Assembly: GCA_021787445.1 (NCBI GenBank)
Contig: JAJYLV010000001.1
Span: 6,968-70,967, forward strand
From: Chloroflexota bacterium
Lineage (GTDB): Bacteria > Chloroflexota > Limnocylindria > P2-11E
Reading direction: 5' to 3'
DNA length: 64,000 nt
Positions 1-9,363 of the stretch are shown here, in pieces; the stretch's first letter is position 1, and every line of letters begins with the position of its first letter. A model generated the notes under the pieces. The model saw only the letters and a program-made list of their open reading frames with translations. It did not search any database and was not told where the DNA came from. Position numbers and translations under genes: made by a program.

Positions 1-960
1 GGCACGTATGGCACCGGGCTGTGCCCGGCGACCACCCTCCAGACCGACTCGGCCGTGCCTACCAGGTCCGCATACGGCTGCGGCCCGGACGGCGCGGTGG
101 GCCGCTGGCGGTAGACGTACATGTAGTCGTAGGCAGTGAGCGCGTCGTAATGGACGCCCTGGAGGAAGAGCCGTTTCACATGCGAGTACGTCGGGCTGAT
201 CAGGGCGCCGGCGATCACATACACCCCGGGCAGGCCGTGCGCGCGGGCCAGCGCCTGCAGCTGGGCCAAGGCCGCGTTCACGCCCGCAGGACCACCGAAG
301 GTCCGCAGCATCCACTGGGCATCCAGGATGACGAGCAGGGGCTTGCCGTCCACCCGCACGTAGTCGGGGCGCTTGAAGTAGGCCTCCACCCAGTGGGCCA
401 CGATCGCCGACCAGTCCCGGGGACTCACCTGCCAGCGCGGCCCGTTGTCCACGAACATCAGCGCGAAGCCCACGCCGTGGTGGTCCTTCGATCGCTGGTA
501 GAGGTGGAGCGCGGTGTTCAGCAGTGCGTAACTCTGGCCTTGGCGGCCCGGATCGTGGTACCAGTCGAAGACGAAGAAGTCCAAGGCGGCGCAATGCGCC
601 CAGGCCAGCTGGGTCTCCAGCGTGCCCGGGTCGTCATCCTGCCAGCCATACAGCGGTTCGCGGCTCCGGTAGGGGCCGCCGACCAGGCCTTGGAATAGCG
701 TCGAGGTGAGCGGACCTGACCAGCCGTCGAAGTAGTACGCGCCTGTGCGCGCCCGCGCCGTCGTGGCGCCCCTCTCGTGGCCGCACCCTTCCGGGCTGAC
801 CGGGGTCGCCGGCGGTGAGGGAGCGGGCTCGGTCGTGGCGCGCGGAGCGCGCGCGGCCGGCGAGCTGGTCGTGGGCGCCGGGGAGGGTGTCGCACAGGCC
901 GTGACGAGCGAGACGGCGGCCAGGGCTGCGAGGACGTGCCGCGGGATCCCGTTCCTCATG
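1..960 (-). CDS. Putative glycoside-hydrolase-like lipoprotein (WbsX/GH99-like TIM-barrel family). The N-terminal 320 codons are present; the C-terminus runs off the window.
   Basis: Reverse-strand translation from the ATG at 958-960 gives MRNGIPRHVLAALAAVSLVTAC, a signal peptide with a lipobox. Downstream are YYFDGW and LDFFVFDWYHD motifs that resemble the WbsX/GH99-like family. Third codon positions are GC-rich. It is missing from the ORF track because there is no stop inside the window. Confidence 0.55.
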
Positions 961-1268
961 TCCGCCCTCCCGCCTCTTCTCACCTGCTCCGCTGCCCGTT
1001 CCCCGGCGCGGATCCTAGGCCACGGCGTGCCGCGTGCTCCCTTGATCCACCGCAAGCCGCGGTGCCCGGGAACGACGAGGACGACCGGCGCGCCCTGCTC
1101 CGCCAGAGCGCGCTGCGGCCAGGTCCGCGGATCGGCGACACCGCGCCATGAGCGGCGTCGGGAGCCTCAGGCTCCGCTCCGGCGGAGAGAGGTGGCCGAT
1201 GAGCGACCGGTTCCCGTCGACGAGGTCGCGCTTGTCATGGCGGCCCTACTCTCTCCGCCCAGGAAGGG

Positions 1269-2843
1269 ATGCGCGCCGACAGATCGTCCGGCCGCCTTCG
1301 CGGCGTGACGCGCTCGCTCGCGGCGAGCCTTCTCGCCGCCGCGGTCGCCGCCGCGTGCACGCAGTCCGGGCCGACCCCGACACCCCGGCCGAGCGCGCCC
1401 CCTCCTGCCGCTCCGCCGTCAGCGGCCGTACCTGGGCTCTGGTCGGTCACGGCTTTCGGAGCGCGGGGCGACGCCGTCCACGACGACACCGCTGCCTTCC
1501 AGCGGGCGGTGGACGCGGCCGGGGCCGCCGGCGGATCGGTGCTGGTGCCGCCCCTGCCCGGCGGCAGGGGCTACGTGATCGCCGGCACCGTGCGCGTGCC
1601 GGCGGCGGTCTCGCTCATCGGTGGCCTCGCGGGCTTCGGGAACAACGTCGAGGGGCCGATCCCGGAGGCGCAGATCAAGGGATCCAAGATCCTGGCCCGG
1701 CCGAGCGCGCTGCACCAGCCCCTCTTCCAGCTCGAGCGCGGGACGACCGTGCGGGGCCTCTGGATCTCCTACGACCAGCAGCCCATGCCCTCGGACCAGG
1801 AGTTCCAGGACCCCTCTTCCCCGTTCCACTACCCCTCTTTCGCGGCGGCGCGCGCCGGCTTCGTCCGCGACCACGTCAAGGCCGACGGCCCGACCTTCTA
1901 CATCCCGACAGGCGCCAACGTGGTGGTCGAGGACATCGTGGCCGACCGCTACTACGACTTCCTCTACCTCAAGGCCGGCGCTCGCCTGCAGGTCGATCGC
2001 CTGCAGCTCTACGGCTACGAGCGCGGCTTCGTCATCGAGGACTCCCGGGACGTCGACCGCCTCAGCCACGTCCTCTACGTGCCCGCCTCGGGCCCGGTGC
2101 CATTCGGGCGCCAGGGCGACCGCACCTGGTCGTGGATCTACGGCATCATCGCCTCTCAGCCTGGGAACGTCGTCATCCAGGCCGGCCGCGCCGACGGCTG
2201 GGAGCTGCACGACATCTACATCTTCGGCGCGCACACCGGCATCCAGATCGGAGCGTCGGCGGCGTTCCCCATCGTCGACCCGGTGTCGGGCAGCACCTTC
2301 ACCGATACCGCGCCGAACACGGGTCCGTGGGGCCAGCTCTCGAACATCGGCCTCGACCAGACAGTAGTGGGGCTTCATTTCGTGTGGCCGGACGGCATCG
2401 GCACGCAGATCGCGGACCTCGAGATGTACCCGGGCCTGAGCGACGGGTCGCTCTACCGCGCAGCCACGGGCAGCGGGGACCTCCGGCGCGTCGCGGCGCA
2501 GGCGGCCTTCCTCTTCGAGCCCACCTTCAGCGAGGCGAACGCGGGTCCGCTCATCCCCAGCGTGCTCGCGAGCAACGTCTCGGTCTTCGGGGTCAAGGAC
2601 GCGGCGCACTTCGCCGGCGCCGCGGCGACGCCGAGCGAAGCGAACGGCCGCCTCTTCCTCGTCGGCGGGGACCTGAGCATGGAGATCTCGAGCCTCTCGA
2701 CCCTCGGCTACGACGCTCGCCACCTGCTCGCGGCGGCCCCCACGGCCGGCGCCGTGAGCATCCGCGTGCGCGGCTACCTGAACGCCGGGCGGCCTCAGAG
2801 CGACCTCCGCTTGGACAAGAGCGGCGTCCGGTCGCTGCCGTGA
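1269..2843 (+). CDS. Secreted right-handed beta-helix lipoprotein of the pectate-lyase superfamily (Pectate_lyase_3-like glycosidase or lyase).
   Basis: The N-terminus has a signal peptide and an AAAC lipobox. The motif FGARGDAVHDDTAAFQRAVDAAG is the hallmark of the Pectate_lyase_3 / GH28-55-like beta-helix family. Internal overlapping ORFs on both strands are judged to be frame artefacts. Confidence 0.65.
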   Translation: MRADRSSGRLRGVTRSLAASLLAAAVAAACTQSGPTPTPRPSAPPPAAPPSAAVPGLWSVTAFGARGDAVHDDTAAFQRAVDAAGAAGGSVLVPPLPGGRGYVIAGTVRVPAAVSLIGGLAGFGNNVEGPIPEAQIKGSKILARPSALHQPLFQLERGTTVRGLWISYDQQPMPSDQEFQDPSSPFHYPSFAAARAGFVRDHVKADGPTFYIPTGANVVVEDIVADRYYDFLYLKAGARLQVDRLQLYGYERGFVIEDSRDVDRLSHVLYVPASGPVPFGRQGDRTWSWIYGIIASQPGNVVIQAGRADGWELHDIYIFGAHTGIQIGASAAFPIVDPVSGSTFTDTAPNTGPWGQLSNIGLDQTVVGLHFVWPDGIGTQIADLEMYPGLSDGSLYRAATGSGDLRRVAAQAAFLFEPTFSEANAGPLIPSVLASNVSVFGVKDAAHFAGAAATPSEANGRLFLVGGDLSMEISSLSTLGYDARHLLAAAPTAGAVSIRVRGYLNAGRPQSDLRLDKSGVRSLP

Positions 2844-3195
2844 GCTGTGCCCGAGGCTCAGTGCTCCGGGGCAGTGTCTCGGGCCGTGCGTTCCCTTGGC
2901 GGCGCCACGGATATTCGTCAGGCGATCCTGCCCCATGACATGCCACGGCAGATGGAGATGTGGTCCGGGGGCGCCGCCGAGACCGAGGGTGATGCAGCGC
3001 GCGGAGCGTTCGGGGGACCGACCCGCATCGAGCGCGAGAAGCGCTTCCGCCGCGTCTCGTTCGGCCGGCTGCTGCGTTATCCGTTCGACCGTCGACTCGG
3101 CCGTGCGGCTCCGCCGGGGCCACGAAGGTCCTCGGCAGCCCAGCAGGACACCGAACGTCCGGGAACATGGTCGTAGCGGTCCAGAGGGAGGAAGC

Positions 3196-3969
3196 ATGTT
3201 CAAGCTGGCTCGCTCGGTCATCAGCGTCGGGACGGCCATCGGCCTGTGCCTGGCGGCGTCCTCCGCCCCGGCGGGGGCGGTCTTCCACAAGCCCCGCGTC
3301 CCCGCGGACCGAGGGGCGAGAGGGACGTCCGCGGGATGGGCGTCGAGCAACTGGTCCGGCTACGCGGTCACGGGCGCGACGGGACACTTCACGTCCGCGT
3401 CCGGCAGCTGGGTCGTCCAGGCCGTGGCGCCGAGCCGGAAGGCCACCTACTCGTCGCAGTGGGTCGGCATCGACGGCTTCAATGACAGCGACCTCATCCA
3501 GACGGGGACCGGGTCCGACTACTACAGCGGCTCCGCCCACTACGCCGCCTGGTGGGAGATCCTTCCGGCCGCGGAGACCGTCATCCCCTCCATTACGGTC
3601 CACCCCGGCGACCACATGAGCGCGAGCGTCGCGCAGACGAGCGGCTCGACGTGGACCATCACGATCTCCGACACCACGACCGGCGTCTCGTTCAGCACCG
3701 CCCAAACGTACACAGGTCCCCAGACCTCGGCCGAGTGGATCGAGGAAGCGCCCAGCGTGGGCGGTCATATCGCAACCCTCGCGAACTACGGCAAGGCGAC
3801 GTTCGATCCCGGTACGGCCAACGGGGCGGACCCCGGCCTCACCGCTGCGGACGGCGGCGTGATGATCCAGCGGAACGCCCAGGTCTCGACGCCGTCGGCG
3901 CCCGACTCGGACACGGACGGCTTCAACGTGCAGTACGGCTCGACGGCGCCCACGCCGCCCAGGAGCTGA
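3196..3969 (+). CDS. Secreted glutamic peptidase of family G1 (eqolisin / scytalidoglutamic peptidase-like).
   Basis: It starts MFKLARSVISVGTAIGLCLAASSAPAGA, a signal peptide, behind a GAGGGAGGAAGC ribosome-binding site. The motifs NWSGYAV, SQWVGIDG, AAWWEILP, AEWIEEAP and LANYGKATF match scytalidopepsin B motifs, including the catalytic Gln and Glu contexts. Confidence 0.7.
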   Translation: MFKLARSVISVGTAIGLCLAASSAPAGAVFHKPRVPADRGARGTSAGWASSNWSGYAVTGATGHFTSASGSWVVQAVAPSRKATYSSQWVGIDGFNDSDLIQTGTGSDYYSGSAHYAAWWEILPAAETVIPSITVHPGDHMSASVAQTSGSTWTITISDTTTGVSFSTAQTYTGPQTSAEWIEEAPSVGGHIATLANYGKATFDPGTANGADPGLTAADGGVMIQRNAQVSTPSAPDSDTDGFNVQYGSTAPTPPRS

Positions 3970-4198
3970 CCGGAGCCGCGGTCCCCTCTTGCCCGAGGAG
4001 TAGCGGGCGGCCCGAGGCCACGATCGGCGTGGCCCCGGGCCGCTCGGCGTCGGGAGCCTGTACAACACGCGCCTCTGCGCCGTGCTCGCCGATGGGACGG
4101 TCGTCGAGGGCAAGGTGAAGGTGCGAGCGCCGGGGAAGGCGCCGGGTCGAGCTCCTGTTCTTGACAGAAGGAGCTGTCAGGAGCCACTACATTCAGAC

Positions 4199-4735
4199 GT
4201 GAGACCGTCGTTCGCGCGCGCGGCGGTCGGGTCGACCAACCCGGTGAAGATCGCCGCCGTGCGAAAGGGCCTCGCGGCGATCGCTCCGGACTGCGCGGTC
4301 GTCGCGCTCGACGTGTCGTCCGGCGTCGGCGCTCAGCCGTTCGGCGATGCCGCGACCCGCGCGGGCGCCGCGGCGCGCGCCGGCAAAGCGCTCGCGGCGA
4401 GCGGAGCGGACGTCGCCTTCGGCCTCGAAGGCGGTGTCGAGCTCGACGGCGGGCAGGTGTGGCTGCTGTCGTGGGTGGCGGCCATCGACGCATCGGGTCG
4501 CGAAGGGCTGGCGAGCGGGCTGCGGATGCTGCTTCCGCCCAGCTTTGCCGAAGGCCTTCGCGCCGGAGCAGAGCTCGGATCGCTCGTCGACGCTCTCTTC
4601 GGAGTGGCGCACAGCAAGATGGACGGCGGCGCGATCGGGCTGCTGACGGACGGCGCCGTCTCGCGTACCGATGCGTTCGCGGACCTCGTGGCCATGAGCC
4701 TCGCCCCGTGGATACATCCCGACCACTATCGCTAG
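4199..4735 (+). CDS. yjjX: Non-canonical purine NTP phosphatase (inosine/xanthosine triphosphatase) of the YjjX/DUF84 family.
   Basis: It resembles YjjX: an N-terminus VGSTNPVKIAAV and a C-terminus SLAPWIHPDHY. The start is assigned to the GTG at 4199. The track ORF 4082-4735 extends upstream into a non-homologous region. Confidence 0.55.
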   Translation: MRPSFARAAVGSTNPVKIAAVRKGLAAIAPDCAVVALDVSSGVGAQPFGDAATRAGAAARAGKALAASGADVAFGLEGGVELDGGQVWLLSWVAAIDASGREGLASGLRMLLPPSFAEGLRAGAELGSLVDALFGVAHSKMDGGAIGLLTDGAVSRTDAFADLVAMSLAPWIHPDHYR

Positions 4736-4861
4736 AGCGAGCAGCCCGTCGCGAGGGTCGCGTGGGCCTCGCCAGCGGAGGATCGGAAGACGCCGAGTGC
4801 GGCATGGGAGGGGTCCGGTCCGCCACAGCCCACCGCGTCACCCCCCGATACGCTTGCGCGA

Positions 4862-5416
4862 ATGACCGTCCAAGCCGTCGCGCAGATCATCCAGTTCATC
4901 CTTGCGCCGGTCGTCATGATCAGCGCCGCGGGGCTGCTGCTCCTCGGCCTTCTGACGCGCTACGGAGCCGTGAACGACCGCATCCGGGAACTCGTTCATG
5001 AGCGGTTCGATCTGCTGCGTTCCCTCGCGAGGTCGCAGGATCCGTTCGGTCGCGAGCGGCTCGCCGAGATCGACGCGCAGATGCCTCTGCTGACCGGCCA
5101 CCTGCGCCGGCTGCACAACGCCGTGCTCGCCCTCTACGTCTCGGTGGTCGCGTTCGTCGCCAGCATGTTCGCGATCGGGGTGGCCGCGGCGACGGGCTCG
5201 TCCCTCCTCGCCACGCTGGCGCTCGCGATCTTCCTCGTGGGGACCGCGGTCGTGCTCGTGGCCATGGCCCTCGCGGTGGTCGAGCTGAGGGCGGCGCAGG
5301 CCGCGGTCGAGTACGAAGTGCGCCGCGTCGCGGCTCTTTCCGCGAGCGGTGAGGTCGAGCACAGCCCCCCGACGGATCATCCGAGACCGGGAACTCCTGC
5401 CGGCACGCGCGCGTGA
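4862..5416 (+). CDS. DUF2721 family membrane protein.
   Basis: An N-terminal amphipathic region is followed by hydrophobic helices typical of DUF2721 (LAPVVMISAAGLLLLGL). Confidence 0.55.
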   Translation: MTVQAVAQIIQFILAPVVMISAAGLLLLGLLTRYGAVNDRIRELVHERFDLLRSLARSQDPFGRERLAEIDAQMPLLTGHLRRLHNAVLALYVSVVAFVASMFAIGVAAATGSSLLATLALAIFLVGTAVVLVAMALAVVELRAAQAAVEYEVRRVAALSASGEVEHSPPTDHPRPGTPAGTRA

Positions 5417-5519
5417 TAGCCGCGCCACTGCTCGCCGAATGCCTGCTCCAGCACGTCCTCCTCGCGGCGCGCGCGGACGAGGAGCGCGGGGAGGTTCAGC
5501 CAAATGAGCAGCAGCGCCC

Positions 5520-6212
5520 ATGGACGCCGTGCGCAAGGTGCGAAAGGATGTCCCGGTGCTCGACCTCGTCATCGTCGCGGCCGTCGCGCTCGGCGCGTTC
5601 AGCGGATGGCGGCGCGGGTTCGTCGTGCCGCTCGTCGCGACAGGCGGGACCCTCCTCCTGCTCTACGTCCTCTACACGCGCGGTGCGAGCTTCATACCCC
5701 CCGGTGCCTTCGGCCTCGCCATCGGCGCGATCGTCGCCTTCATCGGCGGCGGGATCCTCGGGCGGATCGGAGCGCTCATCGCCGGCCTCATCCACCGCGT
5801 CGGCGTCCTCAAGCGCGTCGACCAGGGTCTCGGCGTTCCGCTGGGCGCCGTGCTGGCGCTCCTCACCGTGTACTTCGCGCTCGTCGCGCTAGTGAGCTTC
5901 GACGGCATCCTGGCGCCGTTCCACGGGAAGCCGACCGTCGACGAGGCGGCCGTCGCCGCGGTGCGCGCCGCCGTCGCGTCCGATCCCCAGTTCGCGGTCA
6001 TCGTCGACCCGAAGACGCTCGATCGGATGGCCGCCGCGGCGACCAAGGCCGCGATCCCGCGCGATCGGGTCGCGACGTTCGACCAGGCGCTGGCTTTCTA
6101 CGAGGACGAGGTGCGGCCGCAGCTCCTGGCGAGCATCCTCGCGCCGGTCATCCTCGCCGTCGGCGAGCACGTGCCGTTCATCGGGCACCACGTCGCGTAC
6201 CCGACGGCGTAG
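5520..6212 (+). CDS. cvpA: CvpA family membrane protein (colicin V production protein-like).
   Basis: It contains the motif LDLVIVAAVALGAFSGWRRGFV and multiple transmembrane helices, with the same architecture as CvpA. Confidence 0.6.
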   Translation: MDAVRKVRKDVPVLDLVIVAAVALGAFSGWRRGFVVPLVATGGTLLLLYVLYTRGASFIPPGAFGLAIGAIVAFIGGGILGRIGALIAGLIHRVGVLKRVDQGLGVPLGAVLALLTVYFALVALVSFDGILAPFHGKPTVDEAAVAAVRAAVASDPQFAVIVDPKTLDRMAAAATKAAIPRDRVATFDQALAFYEDEVRPQLLASILAPVILAVGEHVPFIGHHVAYPTA

Positions 6213-6229
6213 CGACGGGCGGGTGGACG

Positions 6230-6559
6230 CTACTTCACGAAGGCGTTGACGGCCACGCCGCTGAGGCCGAGGAGCACGAGGACCGCGACGATGACCTTGC
6301 CCAGGCGCCCGAAGTCTTTGACGACGTAGCCGCGCTCGACGGAGGCGGCGCGCTCGAGCACCGGGGAGGCGTCGCCGATCGCCCGCGACGCGCCGGCGGC
6401 GGCAGGCGCGCCACGAGAGCGCGGACGGCGCTCGCCCCGCTCGGGGCGGCTGCGCTCGACCCGCTCGGGGCGCTCCGTGCGCTCGGGCCGCTCGATCGGC
6501 TGGGGGGCGGTCTGGACGGGTCGGCGCGCGCGGGCGCGCACCCGGTTCCGCTTCGGCAT
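6230..6559 (-). CDS. Small hypothetical C-terminally membrane-anchored protein. It is Arg/Glu/Pro-rich and carries tandem ERPER-type repeats.
   Basis: The ATG is at 6557-6559 on the minus strand. The 109-aa product is MPKRNRVRARARRPVQTAPQPIERPERTERPERVERSRPERGERRP...GKVIVAVLVLLGLSGVAVNAFVK. Third codon positions are strongly GC-rich, and the gene lies in the gap between cvpA and the DUF4446 gene. No convincing Shine-Dalgarno sequence was seen. Confidence 0.4.
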   Translation of the reverse strand: MPKRNRVRARARRPVQTAPQPIERPERTERPERVERSRPERGERRPRSRGAPAAAGASRAIGDASPVLERAASVERGYVVKDFGRLGKVIVAVLVLLGLSGVAVNAFVK

Positions 6560-6601
6560 CGGAAGGACCAGCATACCGGTGATCTCGGGTATGGTCGCGC
6601 C

Positions 6602-7105
6602 GTGCGCTTCGGCGATCAGGCCCTGTCGCTCCTCGTCGTCATCCTGGCCGTGGCGGTCGTCGGCCTCGCGGTCTGGGCGGCGGCGCTCCAGCGCACGCTC
6701 TCCGCGATGCGTCGCCGCCTGCGTGCGGCCTTCCGCGGAGGCGGCACGGGCCTCGACGAGGTCCTCGACCGCATCCTCAAGCGCCTCGAGGGGACCGACG
6801 AGCGGCTCGGCGCGCTGAGCTCGCTGCAGCAGGAGCTGGAGGCGCTCCTGCGCAAAGGGACGATCCGCAACGTCGGGATCGTTCGCTTCAACCCGTTCGC
6901 CGATGCCGGTGGCGACCAGTCGTTCGCGATCGCGCTGCTCGATCCGGAGGGCAGCGGCGTCGTCATCTCCAGCCTGCACGCGCGGACGGACACGCGCGTC
7001 TTCGCGAAGCCCGTTCAAGGCGGCCGCTCGCGCTATCCCCTCAGCGACGAGGAGCAGGACGCGATCCGGAGGGCCATGACGCCCGGCGAACGCGCGATCG
7101 GGTGA
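6602..7105 (+). CDS. DUF4446 family protein.
   Basis: The C-terminal region TIRNVGIVRFNPFADAGGDQSFAIALLDPEGSGVVISSLHARTDTRVFAKPV matches the conserved DUF4446 core, and there is an N-terminal TM helix. The start is uncertain; the GTG at 6602 was chosen. The track ORF 5504-7105 is a frame run-on. The stop overlaps the next gene as ATGA. Confidence 0.55.
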   Translation: MRFGDQALSLLVVILAVAVVGLAVWAAALQRTLSAMRRRLRAAFRGGGTGLDEVLDRILKRLEGTDERLGALSSLQQELEALLRKGTIRNVGIVRFNPFADAGGDQSFAIALLDPEGSGVVISSLHARTDTRVFAKPVQGGRSRYPLSDEEQDAIRRAMTPGERAIG

Positions 7106-7998
7106 TCGGGCGCGCGCACGCGTACGCGATCGTCAATCCCGTCGCCGGCCACGGTCGCGGAGCGCGCGTCGCTCGACGTATCGCGCGCGACTTCGCCTCG
7201 GCGGGCATGGTCGTCGAGGTCGCGGTCACGCCTGCGCCCGGCGAGGCCGCCCGGCTCGCCGCCGCGGCCGTCGACGACGGCTACCGCACGATCCTCGCGG
7301 TCGGAGGCGACGGCACGGCCAACGAGGTGGCGAACGGAATGATCGGATCCGGCGCCGCGCTCGCGCTCTACCCGATCGGCAAGGGGAACGACCTGGCGCG
7401 GATGCTCGGCTATCCGCGCGGCCGGCGCCTCCACCGCGTGCCCGCCTGGCTCGCGAACGAAGCGCGGCGGAGGAGGATCGACGTCGGTGAGGTGAACGGG
7501 CGGCTCTTCCTCAACGCGACGGGAGTCGGGATCGACGGGCACGTCGCCGAGCGCATCCGCGCGAGCGAGCGCGTGGTGGGTCAGCGCCTCGCGTACCTCG
7601 TCGGCTCGCTCGTGTCCATCGCGACCTATCGTCCGCAGCCGATGGAGCTGCGGATCGACGGCGCCGCGTCGTTCGGACGTTTCCTCACGGTCATCTCGTC
7701 GAACGGGACCTACTTCGGCGGCGGCATGAAGCCGGCGCCGCGCGCGTCCCTCGACGACGGCGAGCTCGACGTGACGGTCGCCGGGGACCTCTCGCGCATC
7801 GACTCGATCCTCGCTCTCGTGCGCCTCTACTTCGGCAATCACGAGAACGGCACGACGATCGTCACGCACCGCGCACGGTCCGTCGAGATCGAGCTCGAGC
7901 GGACGCTGCCTCTCCAGCTCGACGGCGAGGTCACGCACGCCGACCGCGTGAGCGTCACCATCCGGCCCGGCGCGCTCGACGTCCTCGCCGCGCCATGA
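7102..7998 (+). CDS. Diacylglycerol/lipid kinase catalytic-domain protein (DAGK_cat, YegS/BmrU-like).
   Basis: AIVNPVAGHGRG ... GGDGTANEV ... NATGVGIDG is the DAGK_cat signature. The gene is translationally coupled at both ends. Confidence 0.7.
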   Translation: MIGRAHAYAIVNPVAGHGRGARVARRIARDFASAGMVVEVAVTPAPGEAARLAAAAVDDGYRTILAVGGDGTANEVANGMIGSGAALALYPIGKGNDLARMLGYPRGRRLHRVPAWLANEARRRRIDVGEVNGRLFLNATGVGIDGHVAERIRASERVVGQRLAYLVGSLVSIATYRPQPMELRIDGAASFGRFLTVISSNGTYFGGGMKPAPRASLDDGELDVTVAGDLSRIDSILALVRLYFGNHENGTTIVTHRARSVEIELERTLPLQLDGEVTHADRVSVTIRPGALDVLAAP

Positions 7999-9350
7999 CG
8001 AAGGCGGTGGCCGACGACCGCCGCCGCAGCCTGCCGTCGGTCGACGCCGTGCTGCGCGAGGCAGGGACTCTCGACCCGGTGGCGCGGCGGCGCCTGGCCG
8101 CGGCCGTCCGCGACGTGCTCACTGCGAAGCGTGCGGGCGGCACGGCCATCGGCGCCGCCGACGTGGCGCGCGAGGCGCGCGACCTGCTCGCCGACCGCGA
8201 CCGCCCGACGATGCGCCCCGTCCTCAACGCGACGGGCGTCATCCTCCACACGAACCTGGGCCGCGCGCCCCTCTCCGAACGCGCGATCGCCGCGATGCGC
8301 GAGGCCGCGGGCGCGGTGAGCGTCGAGTACGACCTCGCCGCGGGACGTCGCGGCGAGCGGCACGGTCATGCGGCGCGGGTCCTCGCGGAGGTCACCGGGG
8401 CGGAGGACAGCGTCGTGGTGAACAACAACGCGGCCGCGGTGCTCCTCGCGCTCGCGGCGCTCGCCGCGCGGCGCGAGGTCGTCGTCGCGCGCGGCGAGCT
8501 CGTCGAGATCGGCGGCGGCTTCCGCATCCCGGAGGTGCTCGCGCGCTCGGGCGCCAAGCTCGTCGAGGTCGGCACGACGAACCGCACGTACCTGCGCGAC
8601 TACGCCGCGGCCGTGGGCGACCGTACCGCCGCCATCCTCCGCGTCCACTCGAGCAACTTCCGCGTCGTCGGGTTCACCGCGAGCGCCGCGTCGCGCGACC
8701 TCGCGTCGCTCGCGCGCGAGCGGGGGATCGCGTTCGTGCACGACCTGGGCAGCGGCACGCTCCTCGAGACGACCCCCTACGGCCTCGGCGCCGAGGAGAC
8801 GGTGCAGGAGGCGGTGACCGCCGGCGCCGACGTCGTGACGTTCAGCGGCGACAAGCTCCTCGGCGGTCCGCAGGCGGGGATCGCCGTCGGTCGCCGGGAG
8901 AGCGTGGCGAAGCTGCGCTCGCATCCCCTCATGCGCGCCCTGCGGCCCGACAAGATCGCGATCGCCGGCCTCGTCGCGACGCTCGCGGCGTACCGCGACG
9001 GGACCGCGGAGCGCGAGCTGCCGGTGTGGCGGATGATCGCGGCCTCGCCCGCGGGCCTCGCGCGCCGCGCGCGTGCGCTCGCGGCGGCCCTCGCTGGCGC
9101 GGGCATCGCCTGCGAGGTCGTGGAGACGCGGTCGACGGTCGGCGGCGGGTCGCTCCCGGAAGAGACCCAGGCCTCTCGCGCCGTCGGGCTCGAGGGACAC
9201 GCGACGCGGCTCGCGCAGCGGCTGCGGCAGGCGGACCCGCCGGTGATCGGCCACGTCGCCCAGGAGCGCCTCGCGCTCGACCTGCGCTCGGTGCTGCCGG
9301 AGGATGATGAGCGTCTCGCGCGTACCGTCATCGCGGCTCTCAGCCGTTAA
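7995..9350 (+). CDS. selA: L-seryl-tRNA(Sec) selenium transferase (selenocysteine synthase).
   Basis: It carries the motifs RPVLNATGVILHTNLGRAPL and FSGDKLLGGPQAGI, the latter being the PLP-lysine region. The length of about 450 aa fits SelA. Confidence 0.85.
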   Translation: MTKAVADDRRRSLPSVDAVLREAGTLDPVARRRLAAAVRDVLTAKRAGGTAIGAADVAREARDLLADRDRPTMRPVLNATGVILHTNLGRAPLSERAIAAMREAAGAVSVEYDLAAGRRGERHGHAARVLAEVTGAEDSVVVNNNAAAVLLALAALAARREVVVARGELVEIGGGFRIPEVLARSGAKLVEVGTTNRTYLRDYAAAVGDRTAAILRVHSSNFRVVGFTASAASRDLASLARERGIAFVHDLGSGTLLETTPYGLGAEETVQEAVTAGADVVTFSGDKLLGGPQAGIAVGRRESVAKLRSHPLMRALRPDKIAIAGLVATLAAYRDGTAERELPVWRMIAASPAGLARRARALAAALAGAGIACEVVETRSTVGGGSLPEETQASRAVGLEGHATRLAQRLRQADPPVIGHVAQERLALDLRSVLPEDDERLARTVIAALSR

Positions 9351-9363
9351 CGGGAGGACCGGA

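Noticed and set aside
2847-3176. 109-aa ORF in the gap between the beta-helix gene and the peptidase G1 gene.
   Set aside because: The codon third-position bias is only moderate (many NNT/NNA codons), and it has no motif and no ribosome-binding site. It is more likely a 5' UTR or promoter region of the peptidase gene.
1148-4113. Many long overlapping ORFs on both strands (for example 1148-2938 +, 1419-3350 -, 2593-4113 -) with Arg/Ala/Gly/Pro-rich translations.
   Set aside because: These are typical alternative-frame artefacts of about 70% GC DNA. Their translations have low complexity and no motifs, and they overlap frames carrying clear family signatures (beta-helix lipoprotein, peptidase G1).
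4150-4182. Imperfect hairpin AGCTCCTgTTCT-tgac-AGAAgGAGCT upstream of yjjX.
   Set aside because: It is short, bulged and has no U-tract. It could be a terminator remnant for the peptidase gene but is not distinctive.
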